Shown here: positions 26,390 through 37,429 of the stretch, in pieces
Position numbering within the stretch: the first letter of the stretch is position 1
Layout: every line of letters starts with the position of its first letter
Source: Dicyema japonicum
Lineage: Eukaryota > Animalia > Dicyemida
NCBI GenBank assembly: GCA_011109175.1
Contig: RDEW01000045.1
Coordinates: 295,367 to 359,366, forward strand
Direction of reading: 5' to 3'
Length of the DNA: 64,000 nucleotides
Made by a program: the position numbers and the translations under genes
Notes under the pieces: generated by a model
Seen by the model: only the letters and a program-made list of their open reading frames with translations
Database searches by the model: none
What the model was told of the DNA's origin: nothing

Positions 26390-27450
26390 TTCATCCCAAA
26401 ATAGACGAAGTGAACGGCTGCTTCACATCCAAGAAGAACTCCGACTCCAACTTGACTGAGAAGTAAGGATTTTGACAAGATTGACGTAGAAAATCTGGAA
26501 ACAATCTTGGCTGTAGTCTCTTAAAGGTGGAATCCGACTGCGATCGGGTGGATTCCACCTCCCTTCTTATCGACTGCAATCAGACTAGCCGAAAACAAGA
26601 TATGATGTATCAAATTAGGCAAATGTCCAGATAATATCCTGTTCATAAGAGAAGTGAGTGAGAAGGAGAGACGACATGCTTAGTCTCCAATAGTCGGTGG
26701 CCGGGCCTTAAGCCATCGAGACCTCCTCTGTTACTTGGTGCAAAGTTCCATAACGCCGTGATGACATCCTCAGGCGACGTGGTCAAAGGGGTCACTTTTG
26801 ATGGTGGGTAAACAGTAGCGTAGGTCATTCGGAGAGGGTGGATGCTTCTCCAATAGAATCTTGTAAGATCAGCAGTTGGATTGCGTGGTCCACCTGCGAG
26901 TGAGAGGGCCTTCAATGCGGATCGGGTTCCTCTTTCAAGCAACTTCGATCGTCCTTCTTAGGCGAAAAATCTCCGTTTCCCGAGTTGAACTTCGAGTCTC
27001 AATTAAACGGATGCAAATGGACGGGAGGTCCGTAAAGTGAGTTCCATCGTCGATTACTTTGGTTAAGGCTTCGGCAGCTAGGGGGCGTGTTGTTTTTGCG
27101 ATCTTCACCGGGATACTTCTCGATGAACGGCGTTCATTGATAAGTTTGAGTAGCGCGAATCTGGATCCAAATGGGAAAGGTCTTCTCCGGAGGTGTATGC
27201 ACTCGCGTGGCCATTAGGAAACTCTCAGTCAATTCCAAGGCACGAGCGGCAGTGCCATATTCCAAGGGCGCGGATGGAAGCCTGAGAGAGCTTCAAACAC
27301 CCGAGGTGAAAGAAGCCTCCACAGGCAGAACAAGAAATTCCGAACTTTCTCAAATTGCTCATGTCGCAGGCAGAGCAATTAGACGATGACTTTTCAAGTA
27401 ACATTCCACTGAATCAACAATAGGTGAAAGTCAAGAATAAAGAAAATCTC
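26390..27450 (-). mobile_element. Internally deleted CRE-clade fragment
   Basis: EDVITALWNFAPSNRGGLDGLRPGH matches the CRE motif SGGLDGLRPGHL at about 8250-8300. Confidence 0.65.
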
Positions 27451-27509
27451 AATAGGCAAAAATACTCAATAGGCGAAAATGTGGGATTGAAAAGGAACTC
27501 TATTTTTGG

Positions 27510-28330
27510 ATACAAAGTTTGCTCTCGAATAGACGGTCAATTGTTATTTTTTTAAACTATGAATCTCGTGAAATTTGGTTGAGAAGAGGTGTACCTCAAG
27601 GTTCAGTGTTCAGTCCTCTATTATTTAACATTGTAATGATGAATTGCCTTCCCCAGAAAACCCACGTACAGAAATTTTGATATACGCTGATGACGTCATA
27701 ATTTATTATGTTTCTTTAAACCCTTTGGTATCTGAGAAACGTTTGAAAACGTACATGGACCAGATTGAAAGTGGTGCAATGAAAACTTCCTTTCGGTGGC
27801 ACGTGAGAAGTCTGGTATGCTGAGGATAACTGGAAGCAGGAGGATGGCTAACCTAAAGAGCGCTTGTTAAAAGACATACCTCGGAAGAAGACTATGGCCT
27901 CCTAATTGACGAGGGAGGTATTTTATGGAACATGCTAAAATACTAAAGAAAAAGCTACGAACGCTCTTTACTGCGTTAGAAAATTAAAGCTCGAGCCGGA
28001 GACCTTTGTTTATGTCTTCAACACTGCGATACTACCTGCAATGTTATACGGTTTAGAAGGATAGTACGATTCGAAAAGCGAAATTTTGCTCTAAAGCTTG
28101 CTTACGAGATAAGTCCTCGTATGCCAATTCTCCTATGGTTGGAAGGAAAATGTGCAAGGGCGAACTATCTAAAATCTTATTCGAAGGTTCAAAATCGCAT
28201 ATCTTCAAGATGACCCTGTGTTTACGGATTTTTTGGGGGAGTCGGGGTAGAAGTCGGTTGGCATTCCCTACCGTTTCATATTACTTCCCCCATCACTTAA
28301 TTTACAGTGCTTTTTCTTTATAATAACCTA
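27510..28330 (+). mobile_element. Jockey-like LINE family B, 5'-truncated copy
   Basis: GVPQGSVFSPLLFNI, YADD, LPAMLYGLEG; shares its 3' UTR with the inverted copy at 24960-25810. Confidence 0.75.
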
Positions 28331-30473
28331 CCTTAACCTCGATTGTTTACTGTCCAAGCGGCAGTAATATAATGTTTGTTAAGTTCGATACTTAATGAGT
28401 CGTATTTACCGTCTCAACCGGTAATCGTTACTTTCGGTCATACGGTTAAACGGCTTTAACAGTTAAATTGATTTTACGGATCATTACCAACCTGGAGTCG
28501 TTGTCAACGGTCACGATAATAATTATTATTATTAAAAACCAAAAATCACCGACAAATTAAATAAATACATAGCCGTCAGGTGATTCCGCCGCCTCGAGTA
28601 GCCATCTCATTCTTGCTCACAGTTCTTCTCTGGTTCCAACGCATTTCCGGATTGGGCGGGGGTTTCTAATTTTTTGAGGGTAGTAAGGCTCCGGTTTTCC
28701 TCACTAATTCCTCAAAAGGTGTAGGGTTTAGAGGTGTCCAAGAAAACCTTTTGCTAAGCCTTACTGGCCATTTTTGGAAGGTATTGATTTTTCTATATTT
28801 CTGTTTGATAGGTTGGTTTCCCCATGCAGCACCCGTAAGTTAGAGACGGTTGAATATACTACACGTAGAGCGAGTCCAAATTTGAGTTGAAACACCCATT
28901 ATATTGTCCAAAGATTTTAACAAAATTTATCTTTCGTTGTGCCGAAGAGATGACGTTGTCGATGTGTTTGCTGAAGATCAAGAGTGGGTCGTATGTTACG
29001 CTCAGTATCTTGACCGAGTTGGTCGTGAGGATTGAGTTTCCATTTATGGTTACACATGTAGTGGAGTTTGTCAATCTTCTGTTGTTAAAATTGTTGTATA
29101 AGACTTTTCGGGACTTGTATGTAGAATGTTCTTAACGAGCCAACAGTTCAGATCGTCAAGAGCTTGTATCCGGAAACAGCAGTATGACGCACTGTCTTTG
29201 ACTGCGACGATTATATCATCCGCATATGTCAGAACCAGAGTATCGTAACTGGTAAGGGAGGGCATATCATTTAGGAATTGGTTGAACAGGTTGTGGTGAC
29301 AGTGGAGATCCTTGAAGACCCCATTTGAAGGAACTTGGTCACTGATCTAGTTTTTCCAGCAGTTACTCTTCCTCTTCTTCAATTTAGGAAATTTGCGATC
29401 CAGATTTTCAGGTTGTTTGGAATTTTTGACGTAAAGATCTTCCTTTTCAAAAGCTTTTTTGGGACAGGTCGAAAGCTTTTTCTATATCGATGGAGCATAA
29501 CAAAGATTTCTGATGAGGTTTGCGCTTTAGGCCATCTTGATGAAATTTGATAGGCATGTAAGATGCATTTTTGTGGAGTGTCCTTTTCTGAATCCGTGTT
29601 GAAAAGGTGCATCAGGAAAGTATGGTTTGATTAGTTCAAGAATCAGCTTTTCCAAAAGTTTTGATGTAACACATAGGAGAGATATTAATATGCATGAGGC
29701 TGATGATCCCTTTGGTCGCCCGGGTTTCAGAATAGGTCGTATGTTTGATAGCTTCCATATGGAATGAATACATTTTTGTTGATTGAAAAGTTGAAAATTT
29801 AGGTAAGGGCCATGATAGCATGGTTGTAGGAAAAAAAGTCAAGTGGAAAAAAGGTCAAGCGGAAAAAAAGTCAAGTCCGTAAGCGGAAAAAAGGTCAAGC
29901 GGAAAAAAAGTCAAGTCCGTAAGCGGAAAAAAGTCAAGCGGAAAAAAAGTCAAGTTGTCTTTTTTTAGTTTATATCGCATTTTTGTGATACTACTAGCAT
30001 CTTTTAATTTTTAAAAATTTTTTCAATACTTGACTTTTTTTCCGCTTGACTTTTTTTCCATTTTTGAAAATTTTTCCCTTATAAATTTTCGAAATTTAGC
30101 GCAAAACGGAAAAAAAGTCAAGTCCGTAATTTCGTTAACGGACTTGACTTTTTTTCCGTTTATAAATTAAAATTTTTATTCATGATCGTTTTATTTTAAA
30201 GTAAGCGAGTTTAGAATAACAAATTATTTAAATAGTTAATTTTGGCTAATGTTAATGCTTTAGTTTGTAATTGCATTAAAATGTCCCGCCACAACTAAAA
30301 CTACACGTGGTTTGAAATAAATTCTAAAAATAAAACAGATTTTTTCTACTTTTAAAATTTTTTAAAATGTTATAAACATATGATTTTTATTTAACGTGAA
30401 TCAAGGGATTATTTAATGTGAATCAAAAGAATATTTAATATTCCATGCAATTGCTTTTAGGGCTTCTACTGTT

Positions 30474-30755
30474 TTAGATTTGTAAGGGATTTTCTTGACT
30501 TGTTTTAGCAATAAGTTTTGTTTCGTTGCACAATTTCATCAGTTTTATTTGACTTTCGTCAAATTCGTGATTGTGAGAAATTCCTTCTTTGGAAAATTCA
30601 AAATTATGATCTGTTCTTAGGCTTCCTCTGCATCTTTGTGAAGATTTTTTCACACATTTAAAAATTATATAGTTTTTTGTCACGAGTGCTTTTGTATACA
30701 TAAAACCCTTAAAACAAATTTTCTTTCCTCCTTTGTTAGTTAATATTATCTCCAT
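30474..30755 (-). pseudogene. FLYWCH zinc-finger N-terminus of MULE transposase (DDE domain deleted)
   Basis: NKGGKKICFKGFMY..FKC..C.GSL..HNH pattern; no catalytic domain downstream. Confidence 0.8.
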
Positions 30756-30913
30756 TTTGTCTCTTATTTTTGGGCAAGCATAATATTTAAAATATGCCTA
30801 ATTATAACCTTAAAATCCGTATATTGATTAAGTCAAAAAGATTAAACCAAAGCGAAAAAAGTCAAGGTCAAAAAGATTAAACCAAAGCGAAAAAAGTTAA
30901 GTCAATTTTATTA

Positions 30914-31098
30914 GGAATCCTTGGCCCCCAAGCAGATGAGTTGGTTCGTAAGATCGGCTCCATGATTCAAGCTGTGACCAAGGATCCGCGAGAGACTAGT
31001 TGGTTCCGAGAACGTATCTCGTTGGCTATTGTTAGGGGAAATAGCATGGCCATTCAGATGCCTTAATTTAATTTTTTATTTATTTGATAATAAAAAAA
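30914..31098 (+). mobile_element. 5'-truncated CRE 3' end with poly(A)
   Basis: GILGPQADELVRKIG..RETSWFRERISLAIVRGNSMAI*; A-tail 31092-31100; 10-bp TSD AATTTTATTA (30904-13, 31099-108). Confidence 0.85.
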
Positions 31099-31108
31099 AA
31101 TTTTATTA

Positions 31109-31751
31109 CACTGAATCCCATAAATGTTGACCCAATTCCCATAAATGTTGACCCAATTCCCATAAATGATGACCCAATTCCCATAAGTGTTGTCCCAATT
31201 CCCATAAATGATGACCCAAATCCCATAAATGATGACCCAATTCCCATAAATGATGTCCAAATTATATACTAATAAATAATTTAGGAAAAAAGTATTTTAT
31301 TCAATTAATCTGTTATTAATTCCATTTACCCTTTCCCAAAAACTGTAATATGAGGACAAATTTCAAACAAGAAAAAAAGTTTTCAATTGGGTTCAAGTCA
31401 GTTGAATAAGGGGGTAAATAAAATGTTGTAACACATTTGTATACACCTATTCAAACTCTTTTTACTGATCGAAGTGATAAATAGACTTTCGTTCATAAAA
31501 ACCTTGCGACTTCTCATATCTGTATTAGTTGATTAACAAATCTAAAAAATTAAAATTTTTAAAATATAGATTTACTTGTGTATTATTTATATATATAACT
31601 TGGACATCATTTATGGGAATTGGGTCATCATTTATGGGAATTGGGACATCATTTATGGGAATTGGGACAACACTTATGGGAATTGGGACATCATTTATGG
31701 GAATTGGGTCAACATTTATGGGAATTGGGTCAACATTTATGGGATTGAGTG
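31109..31751. mobile_element. Foldback MITE with CACT termini and 7 x 21-bp repeats per arm
   Basis: Ends CACT(G/C)AATCCC; 5-bp TSD TATTA (31104-08, 31752-56); unit CCCATAAATG(A/T)TG(A/T)CCCAATT mirrored unit by unit; Transib-like by CAC + 5-bp TSD, but a TA-TSD reading is also possible. Confidence 0.85.
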
Positions 31752-32299
31752 TATTACCTTGAAATTCTTAAATTGATTTAGTCAAAGCGATTATACCAAA
31801 GCGGAAAAAAAGTCAAGTCCGTGATTTCGTTAGCGGACTTGACTTTTTTTCCATTTTGCGCTAAATTTCGAAAATTTATAAGGAAAAATTTTCAAAAATA
31901 GAAAAAAAGTCAAGCGGAAAAAAAGTCAAGTATTGAAAAAATTTTTAAAAATTAAAAGATGCTAGTAGTATCACAAAAATGCGATATAAACTAAAAAAAG
32001 ACGACTTGACTTTTTTTCCGCACTCCTGATAGCATATGGGTCTATGTTTTCAGAACTATTGCAGGGATTCCGTCCGGACCACTGGAATAAGTCGACTTTT
32101 GACCCTTGACCATATTCTGTACGTTCTCCACAGAGAGGACAATCGGAGAGGTGGCTCTTTTAGGTTTAGGGGCTAGGATGGGTAAACCTTCGATTTTCTT
32201 GTGTGGATTAAATTCGTGGAGGAATAGTACTTCATAAGTTTGTTGAAGAAGATCTTGTTTTCCATTTCATCACGTGTGGTTGGGTTTTCAGCGTTAATA

Positions 32300-33933
32300 T
32301 GTCACATGGGCCAAGCGTTACCTATGGGCAGCCTGTTACATTAACCTTGAACCAAGATTAACTTCAATTAATTTTATAAATGATTTATTAACCACAAAAA
32401 ATTAAATTTAAGTAACTTTTTTTAGTCTACTCATTAATACAGTCGACATTTCTCCTTTCGAATTTTTTATCTATCAAATTAAACTATTTAAAACTACCTC
32501 CACGCGATTATTCGATAAAATAATAATTATTTCTGCAACTGGATAATACTGAGACTCAAACTTATCCAGTCGCAATGAGGGATTTGTTCCAAAGTCCTTT
32601 TTAGCCCGAACCTATTTATTAATAAGTATAACCATTAATTATTGAATTTATTCCCTTAATTCCTCGATATCTTTCGAAGGACTTTCGTTAGAAAATGAAT
32701 GGACCGATATGTTGTAACTGTAGACAGCACCTTCTAATTTATCAAGCCACTTTTTTTCACTGTTATCCAGCATTTTTGACAACTTCCTCGTGATCGTCTG
32801 ATTAAATCTTTCAACAATTCCTTGTGCCCGTGAATTGTTAGGCCTTCCGTGAATTTGATTAATTTTAAAATCTTCGCAAAGTTTTGTTATTTTTTGATTT
32901 TTAAATTCAGAACCATTGTCCGACTAAAGAAATTTACATGGCCCATTCAGGCGGAACAAAGATCTTAAGTTTTCACATACTTCTTTACCAGACTTATTAT
33001 AGAGTGGTCGTACAAAAGCGAATCTATAAATTAAAAAAAAACCAACCTACCATATATGTCAATGACCGTTAAAATCCATTGAAATTTTCATTTAATGTTG
33101 AAAATTTTTCAGGTCTATTAGATCTACCTGAAAACGTTCATTTAGAGAAGAAGCAAACACATGGTGATTTATATCTCCAATCTACAATTATAAAAAATCA
33201 CGAACTTTTAAAGGACGCGAAAATTTGCAGACTTCACAATTTCGAATGACTTTTCTGATAATCTCATTCTTTACAGTGAAGTATCTTTGTCGACATTCAT
33301 ACTCAATTTTATTGACTCCTCCGTGTGAAAACTCGTGCAACGATTTCGCAACATGCTCCATTTCGGTTTCATTATCCAGGGATATGACTAACTTGGGATC
33401 AGTTGATTTAAGATACAGTCTAAAATTATTGCAAATTTACAATACCTGTCATTGATAATAGAAAAATTCTGTATCTTCTTTACAAGCCTATATTTTCGGT
33501 GCCTCGGAAGATTTTCGGGAAATTTATCATGCAAAGCATCTTTTAAAGTTTGATATTCAACGCAATCTTTCACAAAACCCTTGTAAGAAGCCATTGCAAC
33601 AAAATAATCTTCCATGCTATAAATCACGCTAGAAATCTAGGTTTACCGCTATAAAAAAATAAAATCTTTATAATCATAACATTTATGAATAAAAAACTAA
33701 TTTAACAGGATTAAATCACAATATAAATCGGATATATAAAATTAAATGTCGGATAATCCAATGAGGGACTCATCCTCACCTTTGTCGGTCTGGGATCACT
33801 TAGTTAGATGAGAACTTTTATTTCTTTCTTTTTGACCCAGTGATCCTGGGGGTAATAATAATAATAATGTCGGATAATCAAAAGACCTTTTCAAGGTCGA
33901 AAAATGTAACAGGCTGCCCATGCCCATGTGACA
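32300..33933 (-). mobile_element. Ginger-like DNA transposon with intron-containing retroviral-type integrase (CDS about 33615-32408)
   Basis: TGTCACATGGGC..GGGCAGCCTGTTACATT TIRs, 5-bp TSD TAATA (32295-99, 33934-38); HHCC (LHEFSH..CEVC), D (VDLID), D (SDNGSEF), E (VERFN); nonsense codon 32924-26; removal restores LINE frame RSFINAEN. Confidence 0.9.
33759..33865 (+). mobile_element. 107-bp retroposed insertion with (TAA)n tail inside the Ginger end
   Basis: 14-bp TSD AATGTCGGATAATC (33745-58, 33866-79); ends GACCCAGTGATCCTGGGGG(TAA)n. Confidence 0.8.
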
Positions 33934-34789
33934 TAATAAAGCTTCTAAGTAATTTCCACATTTTTGTAAGGAGTTCTGCTTGTTTAGATTGGACATGAGG
34001 TTTTTCCAAACTTTCTCTTGTTTCTTCTTTGCATTATTCCTGATCTCTCTTTCAAATGTACGAATTCTCAATTTTGTTTCCCAGGATTGTTTTTGGAGGC
34101 TTTTTAGGTAATTTTTTTATAAGTGGATCGGCTCTGGGAGAAGACATCTTTTAATACAAATTTTCATTCCCTCGCGTACCACTCTATTAAAAGTGTAGTG
34201 CTTTATCGATGTTGAAATTGGATAATTGAAAGTCAAGTAGATAATAGTCGACAAAATTTGAGAACTTTTCCCAGTCGACATTTTTGTAGTCGGTAAATAA
34301 AACAGGTTTCTTTACAATTGACACTCTTCCTTTAAACGTAATCATAACGGAATTATGGTCACTGCTGGTCTCGTATAGCACTGTCCATTTTGTTAATGTT
34401 TGGTGAGGCAAGAGTGAGATCGGGGGACAAAGTCCTGTCATTCGCTTTGTAGGGAGTCCTTGTATTGAATGTAGGGTTGTTTAATATTATCAGGTCATCA
34501 TGAGTTCAAGGATTTTCCCTTTCACTCCATTTATGTTTAGTTGAATCAAAATAATGGGTTTTCGAGGTCCAGGATTAGGGTTCACATCGCCGGAAAGCAT
34601 TAGGTGGGCTTCCATCAAGGCAAGAGAGAGTACAGTGGGGAGACCGTCCAAGAAGGACATTCCTCTTGGATTGGACGTAGAAAATGGTTCTTTTGTCTGT
34701 GAAGTATATTCCACAGTTTTCGTCACCAGAAACGGCGGACCACATGAATTCATTACCCGCTTTAAAACACTTGAGCTTGGACATCAATG

Positions 34790-35757
34790 TTAACAAATCA
34801 GAGCTAATAACTGTCTCATATCCAAACACCGACTCTCTATCAAGGAGTCTTTTAACGAACTGCTTCCTGGGATCCCGACTGTGCCAGTTGATAAATTATA
34901 TTTCCTCGGATACCCACTCAGCGGAGAAGAACTCAAGTACAATCTACTTTCCAAAAATGAAGAATTTACACGCCTCGCGAAAAGATTGTGATGTCTCGAC
35001 TCTCACACATCCTTCTTCCTGATGAGAAATAACATCGGACTACCCAAGCTTTCATACCTACTCAGATGTTCACCCTACTACGAACAATACGACAGTCTAC
35101 TTTCGATAGACAAATCCCTCTGATTTGGGGATGTGGAAGTCACGTACCCGGCATATATATCGTCATTCTCAAGCTGCAGTTATTTGACACGGCAAATCCT
35201 TCATCACACTATTGGACTTTGCTGGAAAGTCATTTGACGAAGCTTGTCGGAAATGGAACAAGTCCGGACTCAAAATCCCCGAAGATTTAACGAAGCAAAG
35301 TAATTGGGATAACATTGTCTGCTCCAAAATTTCGGAAGACCTTAAAAAAAGCAAATCAACATCGTCTTACTTGTCTGGTGTCAGCCACAAGTAGAGGGAG
35401 CGGAGCATGGCTTGGTGCAATCCCTTGCCCAAATCTCGGGACTTTTTTGGACGACGATTCTTTGAGGATTGGAATCGGACAAAGGCTAGGACTAGACGTT
35501 TGCCAGGAGCACCGATGCCGATGCAGGAAGACAATCGATGCGAAGGGATTGCACCCGCTGTCCTGCAGAAGAAGCGCCGGAAGAGGACCACGTCACGCCG
35601 CTCTGAACGATGTGATCGTCAGTGCTCTGAAGGCTGCAGGCTTCCCAGCACAGCTTGAACCAGTGGATCTCGATCGAGGAGATGAAAGGAGACCTGACGG
35701 GAATGACCCTTTTCCCTTTCACATCCGGAAGATCTTTGGTCTGGGACGCAACTTGTT
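34790..35757 (+). mobile_element. CRE-clade fragment (post-RT region, CCHC, RLE start)
   Basis: GSGAWLGAIP..LGTFLDDDSL, C.C..H.LSC, RHAALNDV, RRPDG, LVWDATC. Confidence 0.85.
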
Positions 35758-36209
35758 AATAGGGAGTGGGGAATCATACAATTTTATTTCTGAAGTTGAC
35801 CGTATTTCTTTTCGTGATGAGGTAAACGTCGTTACACGTGACTTTCCTGGTGATATATTAGACAAATTTTGATTATTATTTACCCATGAACACCAATTTA
35901 ATAACTAAATTAATTAAGTGATCTCGAAGGCCTCTTTCAAATTTCTCACTTTCTCCTCGTGCGTCTTCTGGGATCCAACGCAACTTCTCTGTGGGCGGGG
36001 TGGTTTGGGGAATAGGAATTGGAAAGGAGTGATATATACCCTTCTCACAAGACACGTCGTGGCTGTGCATTGTTGTGAGTTTCACTGCCTGCACAGGGTA
36101 GCAAATCCCTTTCCATTGTCTTGTTATATAATAAATTGTTTTGTTAAAAAAATTAATAATTAAAAATTTTATTTAAAAATTTAAATTGTTGCTATGTTAT
36201 TTTGTTGTG

Positions 36210-37013
36210 ATGGAAGCCTCAAAGTGTAGAAAAACGAAAATTGATAACTTCGAAAGAATATTTTCTGAAAAAGCTCAGGAAATTGATAAGCAGATACTCC
36301 TAGGAGACACTTCAATCTCAGTTTTTAATCTATTGGATTACTTGAACAAAATTACTACAGATTCTGCTAATTTTCTACCACCATACACACTGCAGCAACG
36401 TTACAACTATATCAAGTGCCTTAAATGTAGGCTCGAAGTTTCACGTAAAAATGAATTCAAGAACAAAAAGTTCTCTTTCAAAAAATCCCTCGTAAAGGGT
36501 GAATCTAGTGAGGAGATGTCCCACGTGATTTTTATAGAACCCACATTCGAGTCAGTTGGGTTTAATTCAAAGAAAAATGAGATTTTAACGATGACGCGGG
36601 ACCAGATTGATCACAAACAGGTCGTTTTGAATGACCTGGTTGACTGTGAAGTGTTTCTTAATGGAATAACGGCAGGACTCCGTATGGTCGGTCTCACTGG
36701 GTGCAAAATTCACTGTGGAGTGACGGCTTTTTCCGTAATGATCGAAAATTGTCGTGAGTGTCATTTTGAACTTGTATGTAAACAGCTGCGGATGTTGTCG
36801 TGTGAGGAATGCAAGTTTCGGGCAACGGTTGGGAATGGAGTTGTCTTAGAGAACTCGAAGGGAATTGGGTTTGGCAGGCACACGGGATACGAGGAACTAG
36901 CAGAAGACTGTTTTGACGCTGGGATCTTACTCGAGGACTTGACACGTGACAAAATTGATGACTTCCATTGGTTGAATGCGCAAGAAAAATCACCTAATTT
37001 TTACTTTTTTTGA
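36210..37013 (+). CDS. TBCC: Tubulin-specific chaperone C, intronless
   Basis: N-terminal LPPY..Q helix bundle, KKFSFK motif, C-CAP/RP2-like beta-helix with CKQLRM (catalytic Arg position), DDFHWL..SPN C-terminus. Confidence 0.88.
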   Translation: MEASKCRKTKIDNFERIFSEKAQEIDKQILLGDTSISVFNLLDYLNKITTDSANFLPPYTLQQRYNYIKCLKCRLEVSRKNEFKNKKFSFKKSLVKGESSEEMSHVIFIEPTFESVGFNSKKNEILTMTRDQIDHKQVVLNDLVDCEVFLNGITAGLRMVGLTGCKIHCGVTAFSVMIENCRECHFELVCKQLRMLSCEECKFRATVGNGVVLENSKGIGFGRHTGYEELAEDCFDAGILLEDLTRDKIDDFHWLNAQEKSPNFYFF

Positions 37014-37429
37014 TATTTTTTAATAGTTTATCATTTTGAAGTTGTTATTTATGACCACATGTCTTTGGTGGATTATTGTTGGTTGTATTTATGGAGTGTG
37101 TTTGGGAGGTCCCTTGTATTATGGAATGTGTTTGGAGGACTTAAAATGAAAATTTGATGTAATTTTTATTCGTTAAAACACAAAATTAGATATTTTACAT
37201 TTTCGTGTAGGCAATTTCTATCGTTAAATTTGAAATTATTTTAATAATTTTTGAAACCATCGAGAAACTTTATAATATCACGACATTTGGTTTCCAAAGG
37301 AACAGAATGACCATAATTGTCGATAAAGTTCACGATAGGAGAATTTCGTAGCTTATAAAGCAGTATATTTGCAGATAAGTATGCTTCATCAATAGCAAAG
37401 AAATCATTTTTAATATAATTTTGCATTTT

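Larger units (their letters stand above)
29822..32026 (-). mobile_element. Non-autonomous Mutator (MULE/Phantom-like) element with foldback TIRs
   Basis: 9-bp TSD TGATAGCAT (29813-21, 32027-35); GG..CC termini; about 220-bp inverted arms (29938-30159 vs 31802-32020) built from GGAAAAAAAGTCAAG units; FLYWCH ORF inside. Confidence 0.92.
28525..34760 (-). mobile_element. LINE family A copy (2A-APE-RT) split by Mutator and Ginger insertions
   Basis: LMLSGDVNPNPGP + QLNINGV at 34530-34603; SSDHNS; GPDGIPAIVLK continues across the Mutator TSD into PYAIMALT.IFN; QHGFRKGHST; YADD; (TAA)n tail near 28525. Confidence 0.88.

Noticed and set aside
28340-28520. Cluster of ACGG/CCGT motifs between two LINE tails
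   Set aside because: No TIR pair, period or ORF; cannot be assigned
31109-31751. Regular short repeats resembling a CRISPR array
   Set aside because: Tandem units without unique spacers, inverted arms, eukaryotic context, no cas genes
31063-31776. ORFs with 7-aa repeats (IYGNWVI / DPIPIN)
   Set aside because: Translations of the MITE's 21-bp arrays on both strands; no coding evidence
32534-32574. 13-bp stem-loop in the Ginger 3' region
   Set aside because: Lies within the likely C-terminal coding exon; single instance with no covariation support
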